The notes under the pieces are model-generated. The model did not search any database. It worked only from the letters and a program-made list of their open reading frames with translations, and was not told the origin of the DNA. Made by a program: the position numbers and the translations under genes. A DNA stretch of 64,000 bases. Source: Phoronis australis. Taxonomy: Eukaryota > Animalia > Phoronida. Position 1 is the stretch's first letter, and the number at the start of each line of letters is the position of its first letter. Shown here one piece after another: positions 11,808 to 24,567 of this stretch. Location: positions 562,570 through 626,569 of the forward strand of contig NMRA01000129.1 of NCBI GenBank assembly GCA_002633005.1, given 5' to 3'.

Positions 11808-13248
11808 TCTTCTTCTTCTTCTTCAGCTTTCCCGGCCATGTAGCTTAGATAGTCAGTCTGGTCTTTTGGGCGAAATCTGCAGTTCGCCGCAATGATGCCG
11901 TCGGGCCCCACAGTTTTACCTTGAGTTCCACCGGACTGGGCCATGTCTGGCGCCTTAATCAAATTATGAGTGTAAATTGCTGTCTCTTGCAAATATTGAT
12001 ACCTTCTATCTTGACATCTTGATTGCTTGGGAAGAAATTAGTGTTCATTTACATAAGGACATAACAATTGTAAACCAAGTAGTGTGGAATAACAAAAACA
12101 TATTGATTAATAGGAGGACTGTATTCTTTAATAGTTTCTTTGAGGCTGGTATTACTTTTGTGAAGGATCTTTTGAACTTTGAAAATAAATATCTGACATG
12201 GAAGGTTTTGAAAAATAGATATAAGCTTTCAAATTGGATTCATTATGCTGCTTTGAGACGTGCGATTAAGTTGAAAGCTGATCCTTCAATTTCAAAATGC
12301 ATATATACCCAGTCAAGCTAAATTACTAATGTGTTTTCTAGAAATATTTTGCTTTCCAAAATTGTTTTGCCTCCTGATATAGAGTACAGCTTAACTGACA
12401 ATTACTCTAGAAAACGAATTAAACAAATTTATGTTCTTCCACACAAACTCTTGTTACCTCCTTATGTTAAAACCTCTAAGTAATTCTATATTCATAGAAA
12501 AGTGTTTACAAAACTTATTTTGAAAAAGATTAACTTAGTCAGTGATGACAAGTGTGCATCTTGTGGAACTGTTGAGACTTTTAACCAAATGTTTGTGGAA
12601 TGTGGTTCTGTGAAAACTTTGTGGTGTGAAATTTAATTTACTTTTAATTTACGTAACTGCACAACACGATTTAGTCCTGGATAGAAATGTTATTTTAACA
12701 GCATATTTTGGATGTAATTTTGAAGATATCAATACCATATTAATTATTTGCCAGTATTTCATCCATAAATGTTCTAGAAGCCAGATTATTCCTAAATATT
12801 CACAATTTCAATGTTTCTTGTATAATTATTGTAAAGTAAGGAATATACAACCCCGCAAAACTGCTTTTTGGGAAACCATCAATGCCTATTTATTTTAGAC
12901 CAACCGTGAATTTTTGTAATTTAGACATGTTTGTGTGCGTGTGTGTGTGCCTGTGTTTCATTTGCAAAGATCTTATTGTTTGTAAATATTGGTGTACGGA
13001 ATCGAATGTAGGGCAGCTCTGCAGTAAATGTTCAGGTGTCTGGGGGCCAGTGCCACAGAGGCACTCGTCCGTGTGAGAGATTTTCAGGCGATGCATGTGG
13101 GAGAGCAGCTGGCAGTGGCCGGTTCTTAACCTGAAGATAGTGACTTGTTCCTGCCGGTCAAGCTGGTGGATACAGTCTTCTCCATATGATGATGGGTGCG
13201 ACGTCTGCTACAGTTTGCTTCCTGCCTTGTAGAGTCTGTCTGCTATCG
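11808..13248 (-). mobile_element. 5'-truncated RNase H-containing non-LTR retrotransposon (I/Ingi/Nimb-like) with a (GAA)n tail, split by an insert
   Basis: Minus frame reads IADRLYKAGSKL (RNase H end)...QVTIFRLRTGHCQLLSHMHRLKISHTDECLCGTGPQTPEHLLQSCPTFDS, continuing after the insert as LRRQTWPSPVELKVKLWGPTASLRRTADFAQKTRLTI*. A (TTC)n tail starts at 11808. TSD ACCACTAT at 11800-11807 and 13249-13256. Confidence 0.85.
11959..12997 (+). mobile_element. Degenerate Tx1/L1-clade LINE ORF2 C-terminal fragment
   Basis: FYLDILIAW...QVVWNNKNILIN....FFNSFFEAGITFVKDLL and a zf-RVT-like KCASCGTVETFNQMFVEC...KTLW segment, with stops and frameshifts. Confidence 0.8.
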
Positions 13249-15174
13249 ACCACTATGAATTTGGTCTTAACTTGTTCCTTACCCAGATCATTATTTACTT
13301 GAGACGAGGCTCTACAAACTGGTTTCTCACGGTGTGTTTGGCGCTTTATGCGAAGAACAAGGTCTCCTCATGAAATCACCTCAAATTTGACTTAAGACCA
13401 GCTTGAGTAAAAATTTGATTTTTGTGTTGGAAGGCATGTTTACAGCCGCTCCAGGATCTCCCCTCCCCCAACAACGAAGTCCAGATGTGCTTACAAATAA
13501 ATTGCACATTTAATTTATAGAGTAAGACACACGACATCCTGGTATACCTATCATTCAAAGAAGCAGAAAAAATATAATTCGTTATTAATCCAGTTTTAAT
13601 GAAAACTTTGACTCTAAAATTGCATCTTTCTAAAATTTTAATGTGAATTTGATTTTAAAATTGTTTTAAAAGTAGTTTTCAGGGGCCGATCCAGGATTAT
13701 GAGTTGGGGGGATGAGCAGAGCATTAGCCAGGATTTTACCCGTCAGACATTCGCACCCCGAACTGCCAAATGGAATCTGGGAGAAATAATTTTAGGGGGG
13801 GGGGAGGGGGCATGGCCCCTTTGGCCTACCGCCACTGGTTTTGCGATGCCTCGTTGTCCTATCGCCCTCCCAAGCCACATCGTAATACAGCCGTAAGTCG
13901 TCGCGACTTTTTACTCAGATTGTGCTGCGGCAATTTATAGCGTTAAAGTTAGCAAAACGTATTCCATGTGTCCCTTAAATGAAAGGACGACGCCTATGAG
14001 GAATTGAACATTCGTGTTTTGGACAAACGTTGCATCCACCGCCACTTTCAGGCCTGGATACGTAAAAAACCTTCACAACGGAATCATCTCTATACCATAA
14101 TGATAGCAAAAAGCCAACAAAATGAGAGCAGATTGCTTTGTCCATGTGGAACATCACACATGGGCAGTTTGCCGGGCCGTTTTATACAATTCGATGTTAC
14201 AATGCAAAGGACCGCGTTTCCCTGGTAAAGCAACCCTGGTTTGTAAAAATTCAAAACATGCTAATTTGTCTTAAATGAACTTTTTATTTAAAAAAACGTG
14301 TTCAAAATTAGTTGAATGTAAGTTGTCTATTAGGATGTTCAGTGGCCGACGTATCTAGCACTATTATAACGCGATTTGGACCCACAAGTACGATTAGAAA
14401 TGCAGTCATATCACACTTTCAAAAATTTTGCAGATCTCCAATTTTTCTGATTCAGGTAACCACGGGGCAATTAAGCACCTGAAATTTCTGCAAAATTATG
14501 TGTTTGGGTCAGTGGGTACGTTTCGACAATGTATGCACCCACTGTATGCTCCCGACGAATTGAGAACTAGGATTAAGATTGACCATACCCAGGTAATACT
14601 AATTAAAACTGCTTAGTAATTACAGCGCCCGTAAATCTTGTTAAAGTGTTATTATTGCCTTTACATTTGCCATTTTAATTTTATTCAGTTTGATTGACTC
14701 TAAAGCGTCAAAATGATATACTGAATAAGCAAATACAACATGTAAAACTAAATTGACCAAATCATTGATGCACTGACGATGGAAAATTTCTTATCAACTG
14801 ATTTTGTCTATTAAGACTGTAGAACCCTAGAAAAATATACAATTTTGGCCAAATTCGGAACATCCTGACATCTCTCAGAAATGGATGTTTGCTTTCACAT
14901 GAAACTTTCAGATAAGATGCTTTGTACACTGTTCTGGTCAAAATTCTGCTAGGGATTGGTTTCACGACAAAGCGCCCCAACGTTGCGTAAAGGACTATCT
15001 CATTATGATGCTCAGAAAGAAAAACGCCGAAACGATAATTTATGACTCTCTACCAGCTTTTTGAGATTTAATCTTGAAAATTTATAACATATAAAATTTG
15101 ATCATGTTAATGGTTTTGTTGTTATGCTTGGTCAACGTACCTATTCTTTTTTGTTAAATTTTCAAAAAAGCAAG

Positions 15175-15184
15175 GTCACGTGAC
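15175..15184. promoter_or_regulatory. Palindromic E-box GTCACGTGAC upstream of HIF-alpha
   Basis: Perfect 10-bp palindrome (USF/TFEB CLEAR-type, containing RCGTG) about 610 bp 5' of the ATG. Confidence 0.35.
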
Positions 15185-15797
15185 TAATTAGTGGCAGACT
15201 TGTCAATCAAGTCCGGCAAAAATCTTCAAATTTTACGAAATTTTCACTATCAGACTTTTGTTGACTTAAATTCTACATTTTTGCAGATATTTGGGTAAAC
15301 GCACCGCCGATAACCTTAACGCACTCGCAGAAATGAAAAGCCATCTGCCACTGAGTTTTAANACATGTTCTTGAAAGTCTAGGATAACAAGGCACATTCG
15401 CTTTTATTATTACAAATGGCCTTTTAGGAATTTTTTAGTCCAATCTTCTAGGCAACCTTGTAACCTTGAATGGTTTTCCGTCAAAGGGGTTATACAGTTT
15501 TCAAAAAGCAATGATATGAAAAATGCACAATAAATTTCTATAAAAATTGCTTCTACCTGTAATATCTTTCCAGAATAAGGCGTTTTATGTTGTATCAAAT
15601 TTGGTTGAGGAAAGTTGATGGAAAGACAATGTTATTTTACAAAGTACTTGGCCGGCGAATAATGCTCCCTAATACGTCACAATGACCTAATTTTGAGACG
15701 AAGAGAGGTCTAAGCTGTTTTCTGCGAATATTTGACAATCTTATTTGAAAATCGCTACTCAATTTGAATACAGAGCATCCGTTTAGTTAACCGGAGG

Positions 15798-15826
15798 ATG
15801 CCGTCAATGGACAAACCCAAACGAAG
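15798..15826 (+). CDS. HIF1A: HIF-alpha coding exon 1 (MPSMDKPKR-R)
   Basis: ATG followed by a strong AG|GTAAGT donor, phase 2. Joins in frame to [14 protein letters not shown], as in the typical HIF-alpha exon 1/2 junction. Confidence 0.75.
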
Positions 15827-16215
15827 GTAAGTTCAGGGAAAAACGTATTTTAACTTCTGAAACCACTTCCAAAAGTGACTGTCTGTCGCGTGCTGTTTCC
15901 AGCTCCAGTGCTTGTTTTCTTTTTAAGAAAGTTTAATAATGCGCGTTTGATTTACGTACGGGCTATTTGTATGAAATTCGATAACCATACATTGTAACCA
16001 TCCACAGTTTTATGTCAGTCAAGGCTTCTTACGAGCTTTAAAGTTCTGATATTTGCCTGTTGTGGTTTCTTTTCCCGTTCTGTTGATCATCTGTCTCTGT
16101 GTTACCAGTATTCTACTGCCGGTTTCACCCTGTTCCTTCTTTCGATATTTTAGAACATTTCTCTAGTATGCACCAATATAAGTCAAAAAGGGAGTACTGT
16201 ATATGCCATTACAAT

Positions 16216-16787
16216 TGTAGTAATAGCCAAGATTACCCGACCCGGAAATCGAAACAGCGACCCCCATAAAACCGGCGAGCGTGCTAACCATTCAGTTAAT
16301 AAGTAATTGCCTGTTAGCGAGCAGATAATAGAGGCTCATTGGATTCACCGGAAGCACATCTACAACATTCCCCCCTTCCCTGCGGAACGGGCACGCCACC
16401 AGGAAGGTGAACACCAGGATGTCTCGCATACAGGTCATCAACTTCCCTTGGTACCTTTACCACCACAACACAGGTGAACACAAGGTTGTCTCTCATAGGC
16501 CTACAGGTCCTCGACTCCTGGAACTTTTACCATCACCATCCATGCGCGCCGTCCGAGGTCCGCTGGCACTAGTTGGCAATGCTTCACCGGTAAATCATCC
16601 ATTTGCCGACTAGGCCATTTGTAGTAATAGCGGAGATTACCCGACCCGGGAATTTAACCAGCGACCCCCATAAAACCGGTGAGCGTGCTAACCATTCAGC
16701 TTATAGGCAGTTGCCTGTTATCTCTTCCTGCTGTTAGCAAGCAGCTGACAGAGACTCATATGATTCGCTGCAAGCATATCTGCAGCA
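16216..16787 (-). mobile_element. TRIM (miniature LTR retrotransposon) with tRNA-like sequence in its LTRs
   Basis: Direct repeats 16216-16367 and 16620-16787 with TG...CA ends. PBS TGGCCTAGTCGGC at 16617-16605 and PPT GGGAAGGGGGGAA at 16380-16368. Flanks CAAT/CAAA. Confidence 0.85.
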
Positions 16788-19465
16788 CAAAGATACTTAG
16801 ATGCATCAGAAGTCAGATATAGATGCGCCCGAAGTCTGGTGAGGTTCACAATCTAGCCACTACGTGATGCCCGTGGCAATTGCTGTGATTGGCTGCAGCT
16901 CGACTTTCAGTTGGGGTCAGGCAATGAATGACTCTGATAGAAGGTCAAGCAGTGCTCCTTCGGTGATCACATGCATTCATGGCTGAAACTGCCTTGTTCA
17001 CCAAAGATGCCCTCTGCCTTGTGGCTTGGCAATTATATCGCCTGTGGACGCCTGCGTGTTGTGTTCTGTGTGGTAGTGTTGGAAATCCTAATGGACATGG
17101 GCAACCTGCCATCCAATAGTTATTGTCGGGAGCTGGCAATAGCTTTGGAATGAAAGTATACTGAAAACCAGAGAGCTCGACAAGATCAGACCTATTTTTC
17201 AGCTTTTTCTGATGTTCTTTGCTCCCTTTACTCTTGCAAGTTAAATTAAAGTCGTCTATTGCAAGTTAAATTAAAGTCATCGTCTATTGCCAGTGAAATT
17301 TACTTGGCCACATGTTAAAAATTGTCCTGGACTTTAGCCATCTAAATTACCTTGACTTCAAACCTCCATCTAAGTTATTAAGGTCAACATTGATCACATT
17401 TTGTATTCTCTTACAGTAATCTTTAAAGTAGGTAAATGGGTCTTTTTGATGAATAATTTATCTTTCTAGCTCAAGACCTCACTATGGACCTCCTCAGTAT
17501 TTATGTTAAGAAAAAGGAAACTGAAATAAGCCACTTGAAGCTCATAAGTTTGTTCTCTGCTCTTTACAGTGGTAGGGCTTGATTTCCGCCAGCAAGAATA
17601 GTGAACTCAAGGAAACGCTTCCTAGCAAAAATTCCGATTTCTCACGGCATCTGTTAGCAATGATTTGTGACTGTTTTTATGATTTTGTCAAATTGCTGTT
17701 GTCGCTTGGTATATCACTGCGGACAGTCCTCGACATGCAAAAATTGGCAGGTTATCAATTGCGACAAAATCAAAATACCAAGTCACATTTCCAGACTCAT
17801 GGTTGCACTTACAGGATACAGCTTGTAGGAGTTGAAATTCCCCAAGTTTCACATGTGCGACTAATGCGAGTTGGCCAAAATCTCTTCTCGCATTTCCATT
17901 TTCTGGCAATATCAAGTCCAGGTACCTTACATCGTATCCTAACTCTTTTATTCTGTAGCTGTTGACCAGTGAGCTACTACATCTTTGCTGTTGTACCGTT
18001 AGTAAATTAATAGAGCCACCAATACGGTATGGTCTCCTCCCAATTCGAACAAAAATAACGGCCAAAATTATATTTTTCTATTTTTCAACTACTTGCTGTA
18101 TTGTCAAAATTGTGCTTGTTGATGCCAGCCGCCCTAGATAAAGTTTTCAAATTTTGAAACAAAATTGCTTTCTTGTTGTACGTGTATTGAAAATTTTGAT
18201 AAAATTGAATTTTACTGTTCTACCATATTGTGTTCTAATTTGAAGAAAGTTTACCGTACTTGCTTGTGTTATTTTGATGTCCAAATACTGAACAGAGTGT
18301 TCTATCTAGAGACGGAATGGATGGGATGCCAGCTAGATGAATACCTGCTTAAAAGTTTATTGGAGTTGGCCATCCTTAATTGCGAATTCAAAAATTGCAC
18401 TGGTACGCATTACTTGTGACTTAAGTTACAGTAAAGTCACTTGTCATCTAAAAGTTAGCTGTGGCAAATGGAGATCAGTTTTGAGTGAAAATGCCCTGAA
18501 AACCATGACAACAAATAAAATTAGACTAATCTATAAACTTTGGTCTTTGTTAATTATTTTATTTTATCCTCTCCATTTATGTGTTTCAATTCACCATATG
18601 CTAAAAAGCATTCATGTCTAGACATACTGATCTTTTGACAAGGTCATGACTCATTTTTGTCAGCTGATCTACTCGATTTGCATATTTATGACAATGCACT
18701 GAGAGGCAAGTAATCATTTTCTCAGCGGATTTGTAACCAATCTATGGGTCACAGGTAATTATATTATGACATATGGCTTAGTAGATTTTACTTTAGCTAT
18801 CTTAAAATTTTTTATACATGTTTTTGGAATTTTCAAACTGGAGCATTGCCCCTGCGCTGGGGCCATTATATTGCGCTCACATCTAATGCTGGGAGCATGG
18901 GGGAGGTGATGGGCTAGGCTTGCGTCAAATTGGCAAATGCTTTCGCAATGCTTTCAGGGAAACCTACGTGCGTGTCTATTCACAGTCACCTCGAATCAAG
19001 TTTTCGCCGCTTCGATTCGGAGTCTTAAAAATAGCAAGTGAATGTTCCATTTCATGCCCGTTACTCCTCCTGAAATCACTCTTTTACTAAAACGAAACGT
19101 TCAACTCGGTATGGGGGGGGGCCTCAGCACTCTTGGTAATGGCAATTTATCGCTTCATAGCGAGCTGTTGCTTGTCGTCTGCAAATGACAATGTTGAGCT
19201 GTCGCAAACATGAAACTCAAACTTTAAGTGTTTGGTTTTCATATTACATTAATCTCTCCTAATTCATTACTTTGACTTTACCAAATTTCAGCGAAAACAA
19301 TTTGTCATGTCAAATATTGTTTGAGACTTGACACTGATAGGTTTTCTTTTCAATGAGTAATAGGTGCAGACGACACCGGGAAGAACGAGTTTGCTATCTA
19401 TGTTTAAATCAAAATACGTTACATATCATACCTAGTCAGCTCTCTAAATGTTGCAAGTGTAAAAA

Positions 19466-19777
19466 CAGGGCCCTCAATTATCCAAGAGGAAAGGTGCCTG
19501 TGCCTTCTGAGGGGGAAATTTTTTGGGGCGAGTGGAAAATTCTACCTCCCAATCACCATCATTAGCACCCGCCGCCCTGTTGCAAACTCTCATAGGCTCC
19601 GTCTCAAGAAGCTAAAAGTGACATTTAGAGCACTTCCAAATTGTTAGCTGTGTGAATAACAAATTATTGGAATGTCTGGGGGAAATTTTGGGCCTCATGA
19701 GGGGAAGTGCGCATGACTTTAAAATATCTTTTGGAGGGTCAATATTCTGCCCCAAAATCAAGGGATTGGGGGCCCTG
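19466..19777. mobile_element. MITE with CAGGGCCC(T/C)CAAT TIRs (hAT-like)
   Basis: 13-bp TIRs with one mismatch; a clean 8-bp TSD is not visible. Confidence 0.55.
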
Positions 19778-20078
19778 AAAAAGCTATTGAAAGACTAGGA
19801 TGTGTTCGCATTTCGGCGATGGCCGAAAGAAAGCAACGTAAAGTAAATGTCAGTTTGTTACGTAATGAGTTTTACCCGGCCGTAACCTGGGATAGGGGGA
19901 ATCCCTGCACAATTTTTTTTAGGTCAACATCAATGAAGCGCCCATGTGGTCAGCTTTCCCCCGCCGTAACCCGGGGATAGGAGGGACTCTTGCCCAATTA
20001 TTTTAAAGGTCAACATAACATAAATGCCCATGTGGCCGGCGCACACATGCAGTAAATTAATCGGGGGGGGGGGGGGGG

Positions 20079-20149
20079 NNNNNNNNNNNNNNNNNNNNNN
20101 NNNNNNNNNNNNNNNNNNNNNNNNNNNNNNNNNNNNNNNNNNNNNNNNN
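20079..20149. other. Assembly gap after a poly-G run
   Basis: Run of n. Confidence 1.
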
Positions 20150-21885
20150 GAGGAATCGTGCGCAAACTTTTTAGATCATAATGAAACGCATGTTGACTGA
20201 CATCCCCTCCAACTTATTAGGTTGCAATACGAATGTGGAATGTTTATTATTTGTTTTTTTCTTAAGGCAAATGTCTCTTTATAGTACATCTATGAAAAGA
20301 GCCTGTGCATAAAGTGAAAAATAAAAAATTCGGTCCGTATAACTGTTTGTTTTTGGGGTTGGGAAAATGGAAAGTATTTGGCTGGTAATTTTTGAAAACG
20401 ACTAAAAGTTTACAGATGCTTTAGCCATTTTGGCAAATACTTTTAAAAGCCTAGCGCGAGCCTAGAATGGGGTGCCTCAGAAACATACTAAATCCAAATG
20501 AATTCTGTACCTGGCCAAACTCCGAGTTACCACTTCTTCCCTACAGCCACCAAGGCCTAAATACCTCCAGAGGTAATACTAATACCATCAGCTAAAACAG
20601 GTTATCATTTCTTATGAAAAAGTAAGCATGCACTTATGCAGAGCTTCTTAATTAATTTCTCGCAAAAGACTGATAAATGTAAATGTTAGAAACTCACTAA
20701 TTTAGGATACAACATGGTGAGCAAATGAATTTAAAATTTTTTCCTGTTTTCAGGAAATGTAAACTGCGGCAAACAAGTGCATTGTAATATTAAAACTCAC
20801 TCTTACAGCCACGATCACGCATTGTTTTTCCAAAAATTGTAAGCATTTGCAACATTGTTAGAAGCCTTTGAAAAGTAAAAAAATATTAATTTGGCAACTA
20901 TTAATTAGTGAGATTTATCTGTACATACTCAGTATTATTTTACAACGTTTGAACACTACTAACTAAGCTACAACAGACTGAAATGTTCTTAAGAAATTTC
21001 GTCAAGAAATTAGACAAAATTAAATTCCACTTGTCTGCCACGTTGCGTACTAAATGGATGAAAAATTACCTCACAACAGGTGGTAGGATGGTGAATATTG
21101 ATGGTGGATGTATGTAACTTGTTTTTTGTTTTCTTGCTAGCTACTAAATACTAATAAGTGCGTATACACCTGTACACCAGGTAACGTGATGTGAAATGGC
21201 ATAATTTTCATTCACCCGCAACTTTACTAGCACAACTGAACATTTTATCTGTGAAAAACGTTTGTGGTTCTTGCTTTACCATGTGATATTAAACGTCATT
21301 GACCGTGAAGGTTGGACTGCAGTAAAGAATGAAATCACCATGACTACAGTTTTAAAGAAAATTCATGGTTGAAGTTGAATGTTGTGAAGTGCATTTCCAT
21401 GAACATTTACAACTCTCGGGTGACAATTTTTACCAAGATTAAAGATTTTGAATTATGTTCTTACTAGAGAAATATTTCTACTGTACAATCGGCAAAACAT
21501 GTTTCTTTGAAATTATTTAAATACGTTCATTTATCTTCTTTCTGTTATCTTGAGTTCCATTCATTTGTTAGTGGTCTCTAAGTATTCATGACCTTTTGAC
21601 ATTTGGGATAATCAAAGATCTGCAGCGTAGAAAAAGAAGTGATCCGTTCATTCCACTGCTTGCTTTTTTGAATCTTGTACATGAATAACGGGCTGGAAGA
21701 CAACTTCTATCACCATCATGTACCGTTTTACATACCACAAAGCCCTTGCCATGCACAAAAACTCTTACCATAGAACCTCAATTTCGACTGACTGTAGACA
21801 TTTTTAGTGCAAGTGGGTCCCCAAAATTCGGCCATTAGATATTTTTGTGTTAAGGGTGCCTAAGTGTGGTTTGAGTTCACAGGTT

Positions 21886-21925
21886 GTGTGTGTTTGGAGG
21901 TGGGTGTGTGTGTGGGTGGGTATGT

Positions 21926-21962
<37 letters not shown>
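21886..21962. repeat. (TG)n microsatellite
   Basis: Direct inspection. Confidence 0.95.
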
Positions 21963-21963
<1 letters not shown>

Positions 21964-23600
21964 ACATGTGCGCGCGCATGCCCGAGTTAGTTCGTGCACT
22001 TGTGTGTGTGTATCCCTAGTAAGAGTTGGTTTGCACCCTCCCAATTTCCCTGCCAAATAACATATCTTAACTGTGTAATATATTTGCTACAATAAACATC
22101 ATGTGCAATTTTAACTATATCTCCAAACATTTCATTATCTTTGACCTGGCACTCAGATAACATGTTGGTAGGGAGACACCAACTGCTGCACAAAAGCTTA
22201 AGCTCTGATACGAGATAAATACTTTTGTCTTCTCAAGTGATAGTTTTTGCTTGTTTGTTGTGTAACCACCAACATTACAACTTAATTTTTCATCTCGCTT
22301 GCATACTTTTGTCCGGTTTTACAATATTTCTCATATATTCAGCAAAATACCCCGTCTTCATTCTCGGGAACTTCAAATACAAAATATATAATACTGTGTA
22401 GCAAGAAAAAAAGATTTGGGAGAACCACCTTGGAACTGCACAACCACATGGAAATTTGTTTAGTTCTTATCCGAGGTCAAAGGTTACAGGGCTGTCACTC
22501 AAATCGAATCTCCGGTCAGGCATAGAGCCACTCCATATGTACTCTCAGTCCTTTGAAGTTTCATTCACCAAGTTGCCATAATACTGAGTCAACGAGATTT
22601 ACGTATGAGAGAAAGATGCCGTGGAAAATGACGTACTTTTGATCCTGAGGGAGTTATGTGTCTGCATGTATACCACCATTGAGAACGAATGCTCCAAGTC
22701 GTTGCACGCTTGTGTGACTTAGTGTTCACAAACATTGCAAGCTGTGAAAAGATACAAGTCCTCACCCAAATTTGAAAGGTAATTTGTCTTTTCGTTGTTT
22801 CGATCTCGTGCTCACGACGCGCTTCAACTGCAGACTCGGTTTCTGTTGTCCATTTTGTACTTGGTTTCGAATCGGTATACGGTCGCAGGTCGTGTGGTGT
22901 GTATAACAATGAACTGTTGACCTACTTTTAAGTAGGCCAGCAGTTGACCCCGTCTGTCGGATCGGGGACATGCACAAAATTAATTAAGTTAATGATGCAC
23001 TGCAAATCAGTTGACATTCCGAGTGAGTGTTGAAATAGCGAACATGGTTAAGGCATGTGTGGGTTATATTGACCGAAAACAAGTTGTGATCGAGTAATTA
23101 AATGAAGGCCTTGAGACTTTCACCTCTCACAACTTAATTGGCCTTTACTTGGCTTCGCAAAGTCAACTTAATTCGAAGTTCTTGAGTTCTTGAAAATGGC
23201 TCAGTGGATTTCTCAGAAAGTTTCCAAACTTAATATTTATACATCAATCTCAAAATCGCTCTAGGATTTTTGATATAATGGCCTAATTTTTGCGTAATGT
23301 AACGAAGATGAATACAACAGCTATTTTTTACAAAAATACCTTACTAGTACGTCTTGCGAGTTGATTTGTCCTAGAAACCAAACTATAAAGTTATTGATAA
23401 TTTCTAACAGTGTTTTTGAAGTAATTGGTGACATTTTCATTGAAAATAGGTTTTATTAAAATCTACTGAGGGGTTATTTTGGTATGAATGTACCTTTCTT
23501 TAAAATGAAACTTGACTTTAAAGGATGTTAACGTAACTGTAAACCTCAAAACAAAAATTTACAAATACTTTTTTTGACAATGCCTCCTTTAATATCTTAA

Positions 23601-23837
23601 TATATATATAAAAATAATTGCTGGGGGTCTTATGCATGTTCTACCAGACGTGCGCAGGCCTCGCATGTGGGCCCATTGCACAGATCACCTGGAAATATTT
23701 TTATTGATATAAGGTTAAAACCGAGCTGAGGAGCTAGAAACCTGGCTCAAGGGTTTAGCAGTGTGACCTGGTGGGACTCGAACCCACGACCTCGAGTAAA
23801 GAAAGCGGGCACTTATAAACCAGGCCACACTGCCTCC
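23601..23837 (-). mobile_element. tRNA-derived SINE with an 11-bp TSD
   Basis: A-box-like TGGCCTGGTTT, B box GGTTCGAGTCC and a (TA)n tail. TAATATCTTAA at 23590-23600 and 23838-23848. Confidence 0.85.
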
Positions 23838-24465
23838 TAATATCTTAACTTTGATTGAGTCTTTAATGGGAATCAAAATAAATTCAATGCGTGCCTTTTT
23901 AGAGGATTTTCACCACTTTCCTGCATTGCATCTCTTATTATTTCTGTCGATGATTTAGCTGCCCAGTGAGCAAATAACACTTATGTAATCTCTGCCACCG
24001 GCCCAGCACTACCGAGTGTTTTTAGGTTACCACCATTTTATAAAGACTACATTCATTCACTGGACTTGTGAATTGAATCTGAAATATACTAAAATGTAAT
24101 GGCGTAATCTGACAAGAGTTTATGTGTACATGCATAGGCACAAGTCACGATTTATTGCATCAGTGAACTCGCTGAATAATGCATGCATTCTGCTTCCCAG
24201 TGTACTTCACACCTCCAAAATCCTGTACCTGGGGATGCAGGTCAACTGTGATATGCTAAATACAGATTTTTATCCTATATGCGTGATAGTGTGGCCATGA
24301 AGTAGGGGTCGTATTTTGAGGTTTGATACAGAAGAACTACTTTTCCATATTCAACATCCATTGAATATGGATTTTCCGTATTCAACGCGTGTTGAATGCG
24401 GATGCCTTCTTTATCGCCAAAATTCTTCTTGAGCACACAATACACTACAGTTGGTAGAAACATGA

Positions 24466-24567
<102 letters not shown>

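Noticed and set aside
17579-18065. Overlapping ORFs of 125-128 aa in HIF intron 1
   Set aside because: No recognisable domain or splice context; likely chance ORFs within a repeat.
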